Below are positions 7,178-15,671 of a stretch of 50,437 nucleotides of DNA, one piece after another. The first letter of the stretch is position 1. Every line of letters starts with the position of its first letter. A model generated the notes under the pieces. It did no database searches and was not told the DNA's origin. It worked only from the letters and a program-made list of their open reading frames with translations. A program made the translations under genes and the position numbers. Source of the DNA: a virus (Duplodnaviria; Caudoviricetes); IMG/VR virus record IMGVR_UViG_3300002446_000155, positions 1-50,437 of that record. One strand, written 5' to 3'.

Positions 7178-8607
7178 CCATCAAACGACTGAAGGCTCCG
7201 TACGACGACTACGGCATTGATTCCAGTGGGACTGTGTGGTCGTTCAAAGGCGGGACAAAGTCAAAGGTCAAGCCTCGCGACGACAAAGACGGCTATCAGC
7301 GGGTCAATCTCGCAGACAAAGGCGCGTCAAAGAACGGTTTCAAAGAAGTATACATTCACAAACTGGTGGCGAAAGCATTTCTTCAAGGCTCCGGCCACGT
7401 ACTCCACAAAGACGGCAACCGTAAAAACAACAAGGCTAGCAACCTGAAGTACGGCACCATTCAGGAGAACGCCAAGCAGCGTGAATCTGACAAGCGAGCC
7501 GACAGCGAAGACTTCGTGGACACAGAAGACTGCGACGCCCCATTCTGGCGTATTGATGCGGCTGTTAAAGCCACATGGCGTCTGACGCCTGAGGGCTACC
7601 TCGAGGCTGATCGTATTGTCGTGGCGGAAGCTAAGGTCTACGAATACGCCGACCCGAATGTCCCTGGCGGCAAGCGGTTCGAGCTGGTGACTGAAGAGGC
7701 CCTGACTACTCTCGCGATCACACTGGTCGGGAAGCCGATCACAGATGAGCACCCTGCGCATGGGAAGGTTGACGCTGCTACGTGGCGGCTTCTAGCGCGT
7801 GGTGTGGTTCAGCGTGCATGGGTGGAAACACCAGAGACTCACGACGTACCGCACGCACTGTGTGTGGCCAGCGCCATCATCACAGACAAAGAGCTCATTG
7901 ACAAAGTACTGAACGACAACATCCGCGAAGTATCTCCGGGATACGACGCAACACTGGCCCGCGCCCCTGAGGGCGTGACCGAATACCATTTCATGCAGAC
8001 AGCGCGCAGCGGGAACCATCTAGCCGTAACCAAGGCAGGTCGAGGCGGCGCTACTTCATCCATTCGGCTCGATTCTATGGGCCACGCCACCACCACCGAG
8101 GATACGATGGAAAACGAAAAGAACGACGCCGTTGAGGATCTGGAGCAGAAGCTCGATGCTATGCAGAAGAAGCTGGACGCGGCCCAGGCCAAGGTCGACG
8201 CCTACGAGAAGGCAGCCGAGGACGCGAAGAAAGATAAAAAAGACGCAATGCCTCCAGAGGACAAAGAGAAGGACGAACGTACCGACTCCGCCAACTTCGT
8301 GAAGCTCTACAACGAGCGTCGAGGAGTCGAAGAGGTCGCTACCCGCCTCGGTGTCAAGTACGAAGTGAACACCACTACTGCTGACATTAAGAAGCAGGTC
8401 GTACTGGGCAAGTTTGGCGCTGACTTCCGAGTGGACTCTGTGGAGCGCATCGACGCTGCGTTCGAGGCTGTGGAGAAATTGCTCCCATCACCGTCGCATC
8501 CTCAGGCACTGGCTGACGCATTCAAGCGTGCTGACAGCACCTTCAACCGTCCTACGCAGGACACCGCGAATGATGACTTGTTCGCCGCATACGACAACAA
8601 ACGATAA
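7174..8607 (+). CDS. HNH endonuclease fused to DUF2213-type prohead protease/scaffold
   Basis: N-terminal IHKLVAKAF..VLHKDGNRKNN..NL (HNH); central GKPITDEHP, EVSPGY, NHLAV..GRGG (DUF2213); C-terminal charged coiled coil; GAGGA RBS and ATGA overlap at 7174. Confidence 0.85.
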   Translation: MTIKRLKAPYDDYGIDSSGTVWSFKGGTKSKVKPRDDKDGYQRVNLADKGASKNGFKEVYIHKLVAKAFLQGSGHVLHKDGNRKNNKASNLKYGTIQENAKQRESDKRADSEDFVDTEDCDAPFWRIDAAVKATWRLTPEGYLEADRIVVAEAKVYEYADPNVPGGKRFELVTEEALTTLAITLVGKPITDEHPAHGKVDAATWRLLARGVVQRAWVETPETHDVPHALCVASAIITDKELIDKVLNDNIREVSPGYDATLARAPEGVTEYHFMQTARSGNHLAVTKAGRGGATSSIRLDSMGHATTTEDTMENEKNDAVEDLEQKLDAMQKKLDAAQAKVDAYEKAAEDAKKDKKDAMPPEDKEKDERTDSANFVKLYNERRGVEEVATRLGVKYEVNTTTADIKKQVVLGKFGADFRVDSVERIDAAFEAVEKLLPSPSHPQALADAFKRADSTFNRPTQDTANDDLFAAYDNKR

Positions 8608-8618
8608 GGAGAAACCCT

Positions 8619-9404
8619 ATGACTGTATCGCAACTAAGCGTACGGCGAACTTTGAGAGCGGGACGAAACGGTCAGCTTTACGACGCCGACCACCGCTTGT
8701 ACCACGAGGAGGCGTATGAGTTTGGCGCTTCCCACACCGCAGCTTCCGTGGTCGTTGACCTCGCCGGAGCAGCTGCCAACTTGACTGAGTATGCGTTCTA
8801 CTTCGGCGACGAACTGATCTCGTATACTTCGGATGGCACTGCCACTGAAACTGAGATCCACGCGGGTCTGAAAGCAGCTTTCGACGCCAATCCAGTCGCT
8901 TTTGGGCAGGCCACTGCCGTAGCTACTGCGACTGAGCTGACCATCACCGCTCGGTACAATTCCATTCCTCTGGACGTTGAACCGGCCGATGCGCTGCTCA
9001 CTGCTGTCGCCACTGCAGCAAGCACGAGCCCACTGCCATTTGGTCGTGCCGTAGTTGCTAACGGCGATGAGGTTGAGCTTCCAGATGGCGCTTCTGCATT
9101 GGCAGATGTCGTAGGTATCTCGATCTTCACGTACGACGAGAGCTCGAACACTGTAGGCGACGCCTCCGTTCTCGGGTATCGACAGGGCACCACTGCTCGC
9201 GTCCTACTCACGGGTCGCATCTTCGTTGAAGGTACGCAGGCAGCTCAGGCCACCAAGGCAAGCGACGTGTGGATCGGTACCGATGCAGACGAAGCGGGTC
9301 AATTCTTCACAGCAGACAACGTAGGCACTACGCGACTTGAGGTCACTGACGGCTCGCTGAAGTGGTTTGCTCCAAACGTCATCGAAATCAAGCGAGGTCT
9401 ATAA
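8619..9404 (+). CDS. putative head decoration/cement protein
   Basis: Ala/Thr-rich 261-aa protein between scaffold and capsid genes; LPFGRAVV and VLLTGRIFV motifs. Confidence 0.65.
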   Translation: MTVSQLSVRRTLRAGRNGQLYDADHRLYHEEAYEFGASHTAASVVVDLAGAAANLTEYAFYFGDELISYTSDGTATETEIHAGLKAAFDANPVAFGQATAVATATELTITARYNSIPLDVEPADALLTAVATAASTSPLPFGRAVVANGDEVELPDGASALADVVGISIFTYDESSNTVGDASVLGYRQGTTARVLLTGRIFVEGTQAAQATKASDVWIGTDADEAGQFFTADNVGTTRLEVTDGSLKWFAPNVIEIKRGL

Positions 9405-10459
9405 TGTCTAACATCCCTATGTATCTCGATTCGCTCTCGCAGGCGACGGGTAAATACAAGGTCGGAGACAGTGCCGTACGCATCCTGCTCAACACCTCGC
9501 AAGGTCGAGAGCGGGCTGAGGCCATCTTCGAGATCAACAAACAGCGTCTGGATGCCCTGGCCCCTGGCCATGGTGTCCATCTGGCGCGCGAGCTCGAGTT
9601 CACCTATCAGCGTGTGATTGAGCAGAAATACACCGCCCTTAAGGCGCTTGAGATGTTCCCTGTGGACGGCTCGGTGCCTGCTGGAGCCTTGACCTACCGT
9701 ATCACGTCGGAAGACATGACCGGCTCGGCCAAGTACCATCGCGGTGAATCGTACTCCATGCCTTCGATGAGCATGACTCGCAACGAAGAGATTCGTCCAG
9801 TGCGTCACATCATCAACGGCTTCTCTCTCGACATGTTCGAGCTGAAGGCTTCCAACTACGCCGGGACCAACATCCGGGCAACGTTTGAACGTGCGGCTCG
9901 TCGATCGATGATGGAGTTCGTTGACGCGAAGTCGTGGACCGGATCGGTTGCAGATGACGTCTACGGCGTGATCACGTACCCATACGTTTCCAAGACCGCT
10001 TCGACCATCACGATTGATGACTCCAGTACGCCTGAGGACATCCTCGCAGAATTGGTACGACTGGCGCAGCTCCAGTTCCTCAATACTGACGAAGTCTTCT
10101 CGCCAGACACTCTCGCGTTGCCTACTCGCCAGCGTGAGTACATCCGTTCGACGTACTTGTCGCTCGCTTCTGGTAATCAGGAGACGATCGAGCAGGCGTT
10201 CCTTCGATTGAACGGACACATCGATCAGGTCATGAGCGTTCCACATCTCCGTGGAGCAGGCGAAGGTGGAACCGACGTTCTGTTGTTCTTCAAGCGCAAC
10301 GATGCGGATGCGATCGCTAACGTGATCCCTGAAGCGTTCCAGATGCTTCCTGCGGAGACGCAGGGCTTCCAGATGCATGTGCCTTGCTACATGTCACATG
10401 GTGGTATCCGCATGTGGTATCCGCTCTACAATCTCGTTGTGTTCTCGCCAAGCGTGTAA
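9404..10459 (+). CDS. major capsid protein (DUF2184-like, HK97 fold)
   Basis: 351 aa, canonical position, YGVITYP, PDTLALP and C-terminal GGIRMWYP motifs; TAATG overlap with upstream stop. Confidence 0.85.
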   Translation: MSNIPMYLDSLSQATGKYKVGDSAVRILLNTSQGRERAEAIFEINKQRLDALAPGHGVHLARELEFTYQRVIEQKYTALKALEMFPVDGSVPAGALTYRITSEDMTGSAKYHRGESYSMPSMSMTRNEEIRPVRHIINGFSLDMFELKASNYAGTNIRATFERAARRSMMEFVDAKSWTGSVADDVYGVITYPYVSKTASTITIDDSSTPEDILAELVRLAQLQFLNTDEVFSPDTLALPTRQREYIRSTYLSLASGNQETIEQAFLRLNGHIDQVMSVPHLRGAGEGGTDVLLFFKRNDADAIANVIPEAFQMLPAETQGFQMHVPCYMSHGGIRMWYPLYNLVVFSPSV

Positions 10460-10489
10460 CAAAACGTACACACTTATCAACAAGTGTGA

Positions 10490-10562
10490 AGACGACTAGC
10501 TCAATTGGTAGAGCATCGGACTGATAATCCGACGGTTTCAGGTTCGAGTCCTGAGTCGGCTA
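10490..10562 (+). tRNA. tRNA-Ile(GAT)
   Basis: D-arm GCTC-AATTGGTA-GAGC, anticodon arm TCGGA-CTGATAA-TCCGA, T-arm TCAGG-TTCGAGT-CCTGA; one A:G mismatch in acceptor stem. Confidence 0.92.
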
Positions 10563-10603
10563 CTATTTCACATGCCCGTGTAGGGCCAACCAAAGGTGCC
10601 AGG

Positions 10604-10885
10604 ATGCCAACATTGATCAACACAAGCCAGGGTGAAGTCTCGATTCCATACAAGCGTCAGAACGTTCAGGAGAACGCCACGACCATGCTGGTGAATCTGG
10701 ATGGACAGTACATGCCAGTGGAGCGCGAGCGTCGAGTGAATAAGGTGATGGGCCATGTTAAGATCCCTTCGGCCGTACGCGACACTCCGGGACAGATCAC
10801 GATCTCGAAGAAAGAGGCCGAGATGCTCGACCCAGCCGCTCTCGAAATGATGAAACGAACAGTCTCTCTCGTATCGGACAAGTAA
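10604..10885 (+). CDS. hypothetical virion-associated protein (93 aa)
   Basis: ORF trimmed to the ATG downstream of tRNA-Ile; abuts next gene. Confidence 0.65.
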   Translation: MPTLINTSQGEVSIPYKRQNVQENATTMLVNLDGQYMPVERERRVNKVMGHVKIPSAVRDTPGQITISKKEAEMLDPAALEMMKRTVSLVSDK

Positions 10886-10886
10886 T

Positions 10887-11312
10887 ATGGGCGCACTAGA
10901 CACAGTCAAGCTAATCGCGGCGAATCTGGTAACGGGACTCACCGACGACCAGATCAATCAGTACATCGCACTGGCAGTCGCACAGCTCGATCCTTGTGTC
11001 TGGGGCAGCCTGTACACCCTTGCTGTTGCCAATCTCACTGCACACCTGATCTCACTGTACACAGTACAGGCGGCCGCTTCTGGCGGTGGAGCAGCGGGTC
11101 CGGTGACGATGGAGATCGCAGGACGAGTCACTATTCAGTACGCGACCCCCAAAGACTGGGAATCAAACGCATTACGCCTCACGCCGTGGGGAACCGAACT
11201 GGAACGACTCGGCAAGCGGCTCCCGGGCCGTCGCATGTTCAATACGGGATTCCGTCAGGCGGACATGTGCAATCCGAACCCGGCCTTGCTGGGTGAAAAC
11301 AACGAGTGGTAA
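10887..11312 (+). CDS. head-tail adaptor (DUF4054-like)
   Basis: AVANLTAHL and TPWG motifs; position after capsid gene. Confidence 0.75.
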   Translation: MGALDTVKLIAANLVTGLTDDQINQYIALAVAQLDPCVWGSLYTLAVANLTAHLISLYTVQAAASGGGAAGPVTMEIAGRVTIQYATPKDWESNALRLTPWGTELERLGKRLPGRRMFNTGFRQADMCNPNPALLGENNEW

Positions 11313-11353
11313 AACACAAAACCCCCGATACCGAGGTACCGAGGGTCTGTGCG
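11311..11353 (-). terminator. intrinsic terminator (minus strand)
   Basis: minus strand ACCCTCGGTAC-CTCG-GTATCGGGGGT followed by TTTGTGTTTT; G-U pairs work only on the minus strand. Confidence 0.65.
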
Positions 11354-11405
11354 TTTTTGAGAGAAACTACACGGCTGTTGTTATGGACACCTGCCGCTGG
11401 TCCAT
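11311..11405 (-). ncRNA. putative ~95-nt antisense small RNA (may encode a leaderless 12-aa peptide)
   Basis: bounded by a minus-strand TTGACA-16-TATTCT promoter and a minus-strand GC hairpin plus U-rich tail in a 120-bp gap of the + strand late operon. Confidence 0.55.
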
Positions 11406-11411
11406 TCCTAG

Positions 11412-11439
11412 AGAATATACACAATTCAGAGAGTGTCAA
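11412..11439 (-). promoter_or_regulatory. sigma70-type promoter TTGACA-16-TATTCT, antisense to late operon
   Basis: -35 at 11434-11439, -10 at 11412-11417. Confidence 0.55.
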
Positions 11440-11441
11440 CC

Positions 11442-11930
11442 ATGAAAATGAAGGTAACAGGCCATTTCATGGACAAAGACCTCGGCATGAAGAACATGCT
11501 GCGTCTGATGAACACCTTGCGCGACCCTCGAAGCCTCGAGATTGGGCTCCCCGAGGGGACTCCTATGCGGGCACTGAAGCTCGGGCTCTGGCATGAGTTC
11601 GGAACACGAACCAATACTCCAGCGCGACCATGGTTGTCCACGACGACCGACCGCTATGCAGCAGATTGGCTCGAGGCCTGGGAGAAGGACTTCTGGACGG
11701 TCTTTAAGAATCCCCAGTCAAAGCAGACGGCCGTGTGGCTCCAGACGCGTATGGGACAGCGGGCGGTGCGCGACATGAAACGCACCATTTTGGATTCCAG
11801 TAACTGGCAGGCCAATGCTGAAGCCACGGTCATCAAAAAAGGATTCGACTGGCCGCTGTACGAGAACGGCTGGTTCGCCGATCAAATCTCCTTCAAGCTA
11901 CACCCACCGCCACTAAAGGTTAAGAAATGA
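11442..11930 (+). CDS. neck/tail completion protein
   Basis: HEFGT..PARPW and C-terminal NA..T..KKGFD.PL motifs typical of myovirus neck proteins. Confidence 0.75.
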   Translation: MKMKVTGHFMDKDLGMKNMLRLMNTLRDPRSLEIGLPEGTPMRALKLGLWHEFGTRTNTPARPWLSTTTDRYAADWLEAWEKDFWTVFKNPQSKQTAVWLQTRMGQRAVRDMKRTILDSSNWQANAEATVIKKGFDWPLYENGWFADQISFKLHPPPLKVKK

Positions 11931-12328
11931 GATGGTCAGTAGGTGAGGAGCTCACATCATTCACACGTATTCGACGAGAGGTTTCAGGTACGAAGGTGGA
12001 CCAGTATGGCTACCCTGTGGAGCCTGTCCCTGAGTATCTGGTGTTCCCTGCGACCCGCGATCCTGTTCCAGGTGACGTCCTCATGACGCTGCCTGAAGGT
12101 GACCGCGCCGGGTCCAACATGATCATCATCACGGAAACCGAGCTGCGCACAGGGTCGGACAATCAAGGCTGGCTACCTGACTACGTTATGGCAGACGGAG
12201 AAGTCTGGGAAGTTCGCGAAGTACAGCATTTCCCTCGACGCATCCCGCACTACGAAGCTCGTGTAATGCGCCTCAAGTCAGTCGCGAGCCTTGGATTCGA
12301 CATCACATTGGATAGTGGACTGACATGA
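11927..12328 (+). CDS. putative head closure/head-tail joining protein
   Basis: LPEGDR and beta-rich DGEVWEV segment; position in neck cluster. Confidence 0.65.
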   Translation: MRWSVGEELTSFTRIRREVSGTKVDQYGYPVEPVPEYLVFPATRDPVPGDVLMTLPEGDRAGSNMIIITETELRTGSDNQGWLPDYVMADGEVWEVREVQHFPRRIPHYEARVMRLKSVASLGFDITLDSGLT

Positions 12329-12921
12329 CAATTACAAAGCCCGACATCGTAACGAAAGAGTCTTTCCGCACCACGACGCTTCCCATTGAGAAGACGCTGG
12401 TCGCGGCCGATGTGAACGAGATTCATCGAGCGATCGATGACACTATCGATGTCCTGACTGAGCAATCCTTGTATGCAAATGCTCCGTTGCTGGATCGATA
12501 CCTCACGGTCGGCACTTTCGATTCAGTATCGGCTACAGGTGGACGGGTCGTGGAGGCGTATACGGGCGTCGAGATCAACGGACTGGATGACGGGGCGTTC
12601 ATCATATGCGAGTTTGCGTCGGCCAGCTATACATCAGGAGCACTAATCACGTTCGATGTGAACGCTGGCGACGATCTACTGGATATGTATTTTAACATGC
12701 CGGGCGGAGCCTCCGCGTTCTCAATCGACATCCCTGCTGGCTTCATTTTCGATGCAGCGTATCTCATCGCTACACGAGGGACGATGCAGCGTATAGGGAA
12801 CTATGTTGTCCTGCGCAACGTATACCTTGAGGAGCTCACAGAGGCAGCGAGCGCACCATGGAACCCTGGACCAGCCACCGCCTTCATCCGCGAAATGGTG
12901 ATTCCGTTCGTGGAGGTATGA
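12325..12921 (+). CDS. hypothetical protein (198 aa), probably structural
   Basis: ATGA-coupled ORF within neck/tail cluster. Confidence 0.6.
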   Translation: MTITKPDIVTKESFRTTTLPIEKTLVAADVNEIHRAIDDTIDVLTEQSLYANAPLLDRYLTVGTFDSVSATGGRVVEAYTGVEINGLDDGAFIICEFASASYTSGALITFDVNAGDDLLDMYFNMPGGASAFSIDIPAGFIFDAAYLIATRGTMQRIGNYVVLRNVYLEELTEAASAPWNPGPATAFIREMVIPFVEV

Positions 12922-12922
12922 A

Positions 12923-13450
12923 ATGGTCATCACGCTCAGACACACACTTATCCAGGCAGTCCGTAGCTGGGTGAAGGCATCCCTCGAGGTCGGCGACGAG
13001 CAGGTCATTCCTGTGGTTCGCGGCTCGAATACGAAATTGATGCGTCTCCCTCTTCCATATCTGACCGTGAATCTGACCAGCTTCGACATCGAGAACGGTG
13101 TGGACTGGGAGGGATGGACGGCCGACGGCACATACCATCGCGGTAACCGTACGGCGACAGTTCGTATCATGGGATTCGGCGAGGAGACGAACGACTGGCT
13201 CACTATTCTCGGAATGCTGACGGGCGACTATCCCAAAGACTACGGCTCGCTGATCAACCTTGGGAACGGCGTCATGGACGTATCAACCGAGGTGTCTGAC
13301 CACATCGAGCCTCAGTACGTGCGCGACTTCCGACTGGACTACCGTTTGGGGCTGACGCTCACAGACACCGACAATCCAACCACATACGCAGACACCTTCG
13401 TTGTTCACATTGAAGAAGACGACGAGCCCCTAACCACCATAGAGGTATGA
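12923..13450 (+). CDS. putative tail terminator/neck protein
   Basis: PLPYLTV motif, directly upstream of the sheath gene. Confidence 0.6.
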   Translation: MVITLRHTLIQAVRSWVKASLEVGDEQVIPVVRGSNTKLMRLPLPYLTVNLTSFDIENGVDWEGWTADGTYHRGNRTATVRIMGFGEETNDWLTILGMLTGDYPKDYGSLINLGNGVMDVSTEVSDHIEPQYVRDFRLDYRLGLTLTDTDNPTTYADTFVVHIEEDDEPLTTIEV

Positions 13451-13451
13451 C

Positions 13452-14498
13452 ATGACCGTGGCGCATCAGCTACTGACTTTTAACATTTCGCTCCTTCCGT
13501 CGCCAACGGCACGCACATCCCTCGGGACCATCGCGTTGCTGGTTGAGGACGTAGGAACACTCACTCAGGGCGGAGGTCGCTATCAGGTCTTCAGGCGACT
13601 CGAGGACATCATCGACGCAGGGATCTCCGGGGCCAATCTGGACGCATGCACCGCTGCGTTCTCTCAGCCTCGAAAGCCCACACTGATCCTCGTGGATGTG
13701 GATGCCGCAGGCGCAGAGACGCATCTCGCGGCCTACACAGACTTCCGCACCATGGGTGTGAAACACTTCGCGCTGGCTACGGTGTCGCGCGATGCTACGG
13801 ACATCTTGGCGCTTGCGGCACTGGTCGAGACGATCAATTTCCGCACAGGATTCGCCGCCCAGACTTCGGCTTCGGCCGTCTCTGCGTGGCCAGTAGCCAT
13901 CGCCGCTGTGGAAGGTAACACGCACTCGAGCGTGAACTTCTGCTCCGACGACACCCAGTATCACGACATCGCATGGCTCTCCAACCGCCTGACGTTCGAC
14001 TGGGATCAGACGGCTCCTACGATGACGGGCGAGATCAAGGGCGTCGAGGGTGAAACAACGCTCACCAATGCGAACCTCGCGGCTGTCACGGGACGCAACA
14101 TTAACGTGATCGCTCCCTTCGGACCAGCGGACGCGTACAACTATCCTGGTGTGAATGCAGACGGCCAGCCATTTGACGAAGTCTTCGCGGTGTACTGGTT
14201 CGTGGATCGCTTGGAGACATTGCTTCAGGACACCAAACTCTCGAAAGACGCGAGCGGCCAGAAGATTCCGGTCGGCCCTGAAGGGCAGGCGATCCTCAAG
14301 TCCGCCATTGCCGCTCAATACAACATTGGTGTGCAGGCAGGTCACTTCGTCGACGGTCAGCTTGAGGTCGAGTTCCCAAGTGATCTCACGGCAGACATCG
14401 CAGCCAAACAGATCACCGCTACCGCCAGCATCCAGACTGCGCGCGGTGCCAACAAGTTCACCCTCAACCTGAACTTCTCAGCCAGTCCGCTGGTCTAA
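13452..14498 (+). CDS. tail sheath protein (DUF3383-like)
   Basis: FSQPRKP N-terminal motif, KIP..PEGQAIL C-terminal motif, followed by tube gene. Confidence 0.8.
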   Translation: MTVAHQLLTFNISLLPSPTARTSLGTIALLVEDVGTLTQGGGRYQVFRRLEDIIDAGISGANLDACTAAFSQPRKPTLILVDVDAAGAETHLAAYTDFRTMGVKHFALATVSRDATDILALAALVETINFRTGFAAQTSASAVSAWPVAIAAVEGNTHSSVNFCSDDTQYHDIAWLSNRLTFDWDQTAPTMTGEIKGVEGETTLTNANLAAVTGRNINVIAPFGPADAYNYPGVNADGQPFDEVFAVYWFVDRLETLLQDTKLSKDASGQKIPVGPEGQAILKSAIAAQYNIGVQAGHFVDGQLEVEFPSDLTADIAAKQITATASIQTARGANKFTLNLNFSASPLV

Positions 14499-14511
14499 TA
14501 GGAGATAGAAG

Positions 14512-14979
14512 ATGCCAAGACCACTTGCGCCCTTGAAGACGTATAACCTCAAAGATCAGCAGATCCTCGCCATCGGTGGGGTGATTGTCGGCGGGTACGG
14601 AACGGAAGGCGGTATTGAATACGAATACCCATCTGATCGCTACCAGGACGACGTCGGAGCTGACGGGCAGGTTACCGTCTCGCGACTCAACGATGAACGC
14701 GTCTATGTGACGATCACTCTCATGGACAACAGCCCGGCCTACAAAGAGCTCATGTCGCTCTTGAGGTTGCAGGAGCTTCAGGCGAAGACGCCCACGGGTG
14801 TTCTTCCGCTCCCATACTTGCATGAAGACTTTGCGAACGGCGACACGATTGCCAGCTCGCACTGTGTGTTCCTGACTCAGCCTGCTCCGACGAAGAATCG
14901 GACCGTAGGTGAAGTCGAGTTCAGATTGCTTCTTCCCAACACAGCCGGACGTATGACTCTCGCAGTCGCGTCCTTCTAA
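14512..14979 (+). CDS. tail tube protein (DUF3277-like)
   Basis: VGADG, TITLM..SP, FLTQP motifs; 155 aa directly after sheath. Confidence 0.8.
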   Translation: MPRPLAPLKTYNLKDQQILAIGGVIVGGYGTEGGIEYEYPSDRYQDDVGADGQVTVSRLNDERVYVTITLMDNSPAYKELMSLLRLQELQAKTPTGVLPLPYLHEDFANGDTIASSHCVFLTQPAPTKNRTVGEVEFRLLLPNTAGRMTLAVASF

Positions 14980-15012
14980 ACCACTGGGCCTCGTGCCCTT
15001 TCCAAACGGTAG

Positions 15013-15423
15013 GTGCCACCTATGGAACAATCACGCTTTGAAATTGACGGTCATGAATACATTGTAACTCCTCACGACGGACTCGAAGGAATCCCTATCG
15101 TGGCGGAGATTGCAGCTATCGCGGCCGAACCTCTCCTGAACTTCATCAAAACTCAGATCGTCAAGGGCCAGGAAAACGGGCTCGACGTTGCCGCAGTGAT
15201 GGCAGCTATTGACGTGTCTGACGTGTCGAAGAACGTACGAGATTCTCTCTATCGTCTTGCCGAGCGCCCTCAGATTATTCAGGCGGTGTTCTCTCGCACG
15301 ATCCGGGACGGCCAACAGCTCTCGAACTCTGCCGCCTTCAAGATGGCGTTTCAGGGTCGCTGGAAAGAGATGCTTCAAGCTCTCGTACAGATCGTTCGCA
15401 TCAACGGCTTCATCCCTTTCTGA
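15013..15423 (+). CDS. tail assembly chaperone (gpG-like)
   Basis: between tube and tape measure; ends in slippery C CCT TTC immediately before stop. Confidence 0.75.
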   Translation: MPPMEQSRFEIDGHEYIVTPHDGLEGIPIVAEIAAIAAEPLLNFIKTQIVKGQENGLDVAAVMAAIDVSDVSKNVRDSLYRLAERPQIIQAVFSRTIRDGQQLSNSAAFKMAFQGRWKEMLQALVQIVRINGFIPF

Positions 15424-15668
15424 TATACCTGGCCCATCTTCGGGATATTCAGCCACACACTGATCCGTACCATCTCCAAAAAATCCGAGACGTAGGTAAC
15501 GCCACAGGGTGGCCCCAGTTCATCTGGCTACTGGTCGATCGTATGCAACAGCCCTACACGGTGGTCGCACGTGAGATGACCTGTGGCGAGATTGCTCAGG
15601 GGCTCCTTTTCGCAGAGTACCGCGATGCGTCCAAACAATACGCCGAAGAGCAGGCAGCAAAAAGGTGA
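15414..15668 (+). CDS. -1 frameshift extension of tail assembly chaperone (gpGT-like)
   Basis: -1 frame from C CCT TTC (15414-15420) is open to TGA at 15666-15668, 3 nt before the tape measure ATG. Confidence 0.75.
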   Translation, partial: PFLIYLAHLRDIQPHTDPYHLQKIRDVGNATGWPQFIWLLVDRMQQPYTVVAREMTCGEIAQGLLFAEYRDASKQYAEEQAAKR

Positions 15669-15671
15669 CGT

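Noticed and set aside
9299-10378. Long antisense ORFs (e.g. 9299..10378, 13470..14345, 16949..17785, 43020..43730)
   Set aside because: Shadows of real genes on the opposite strand, expected with GC-rich codon usage
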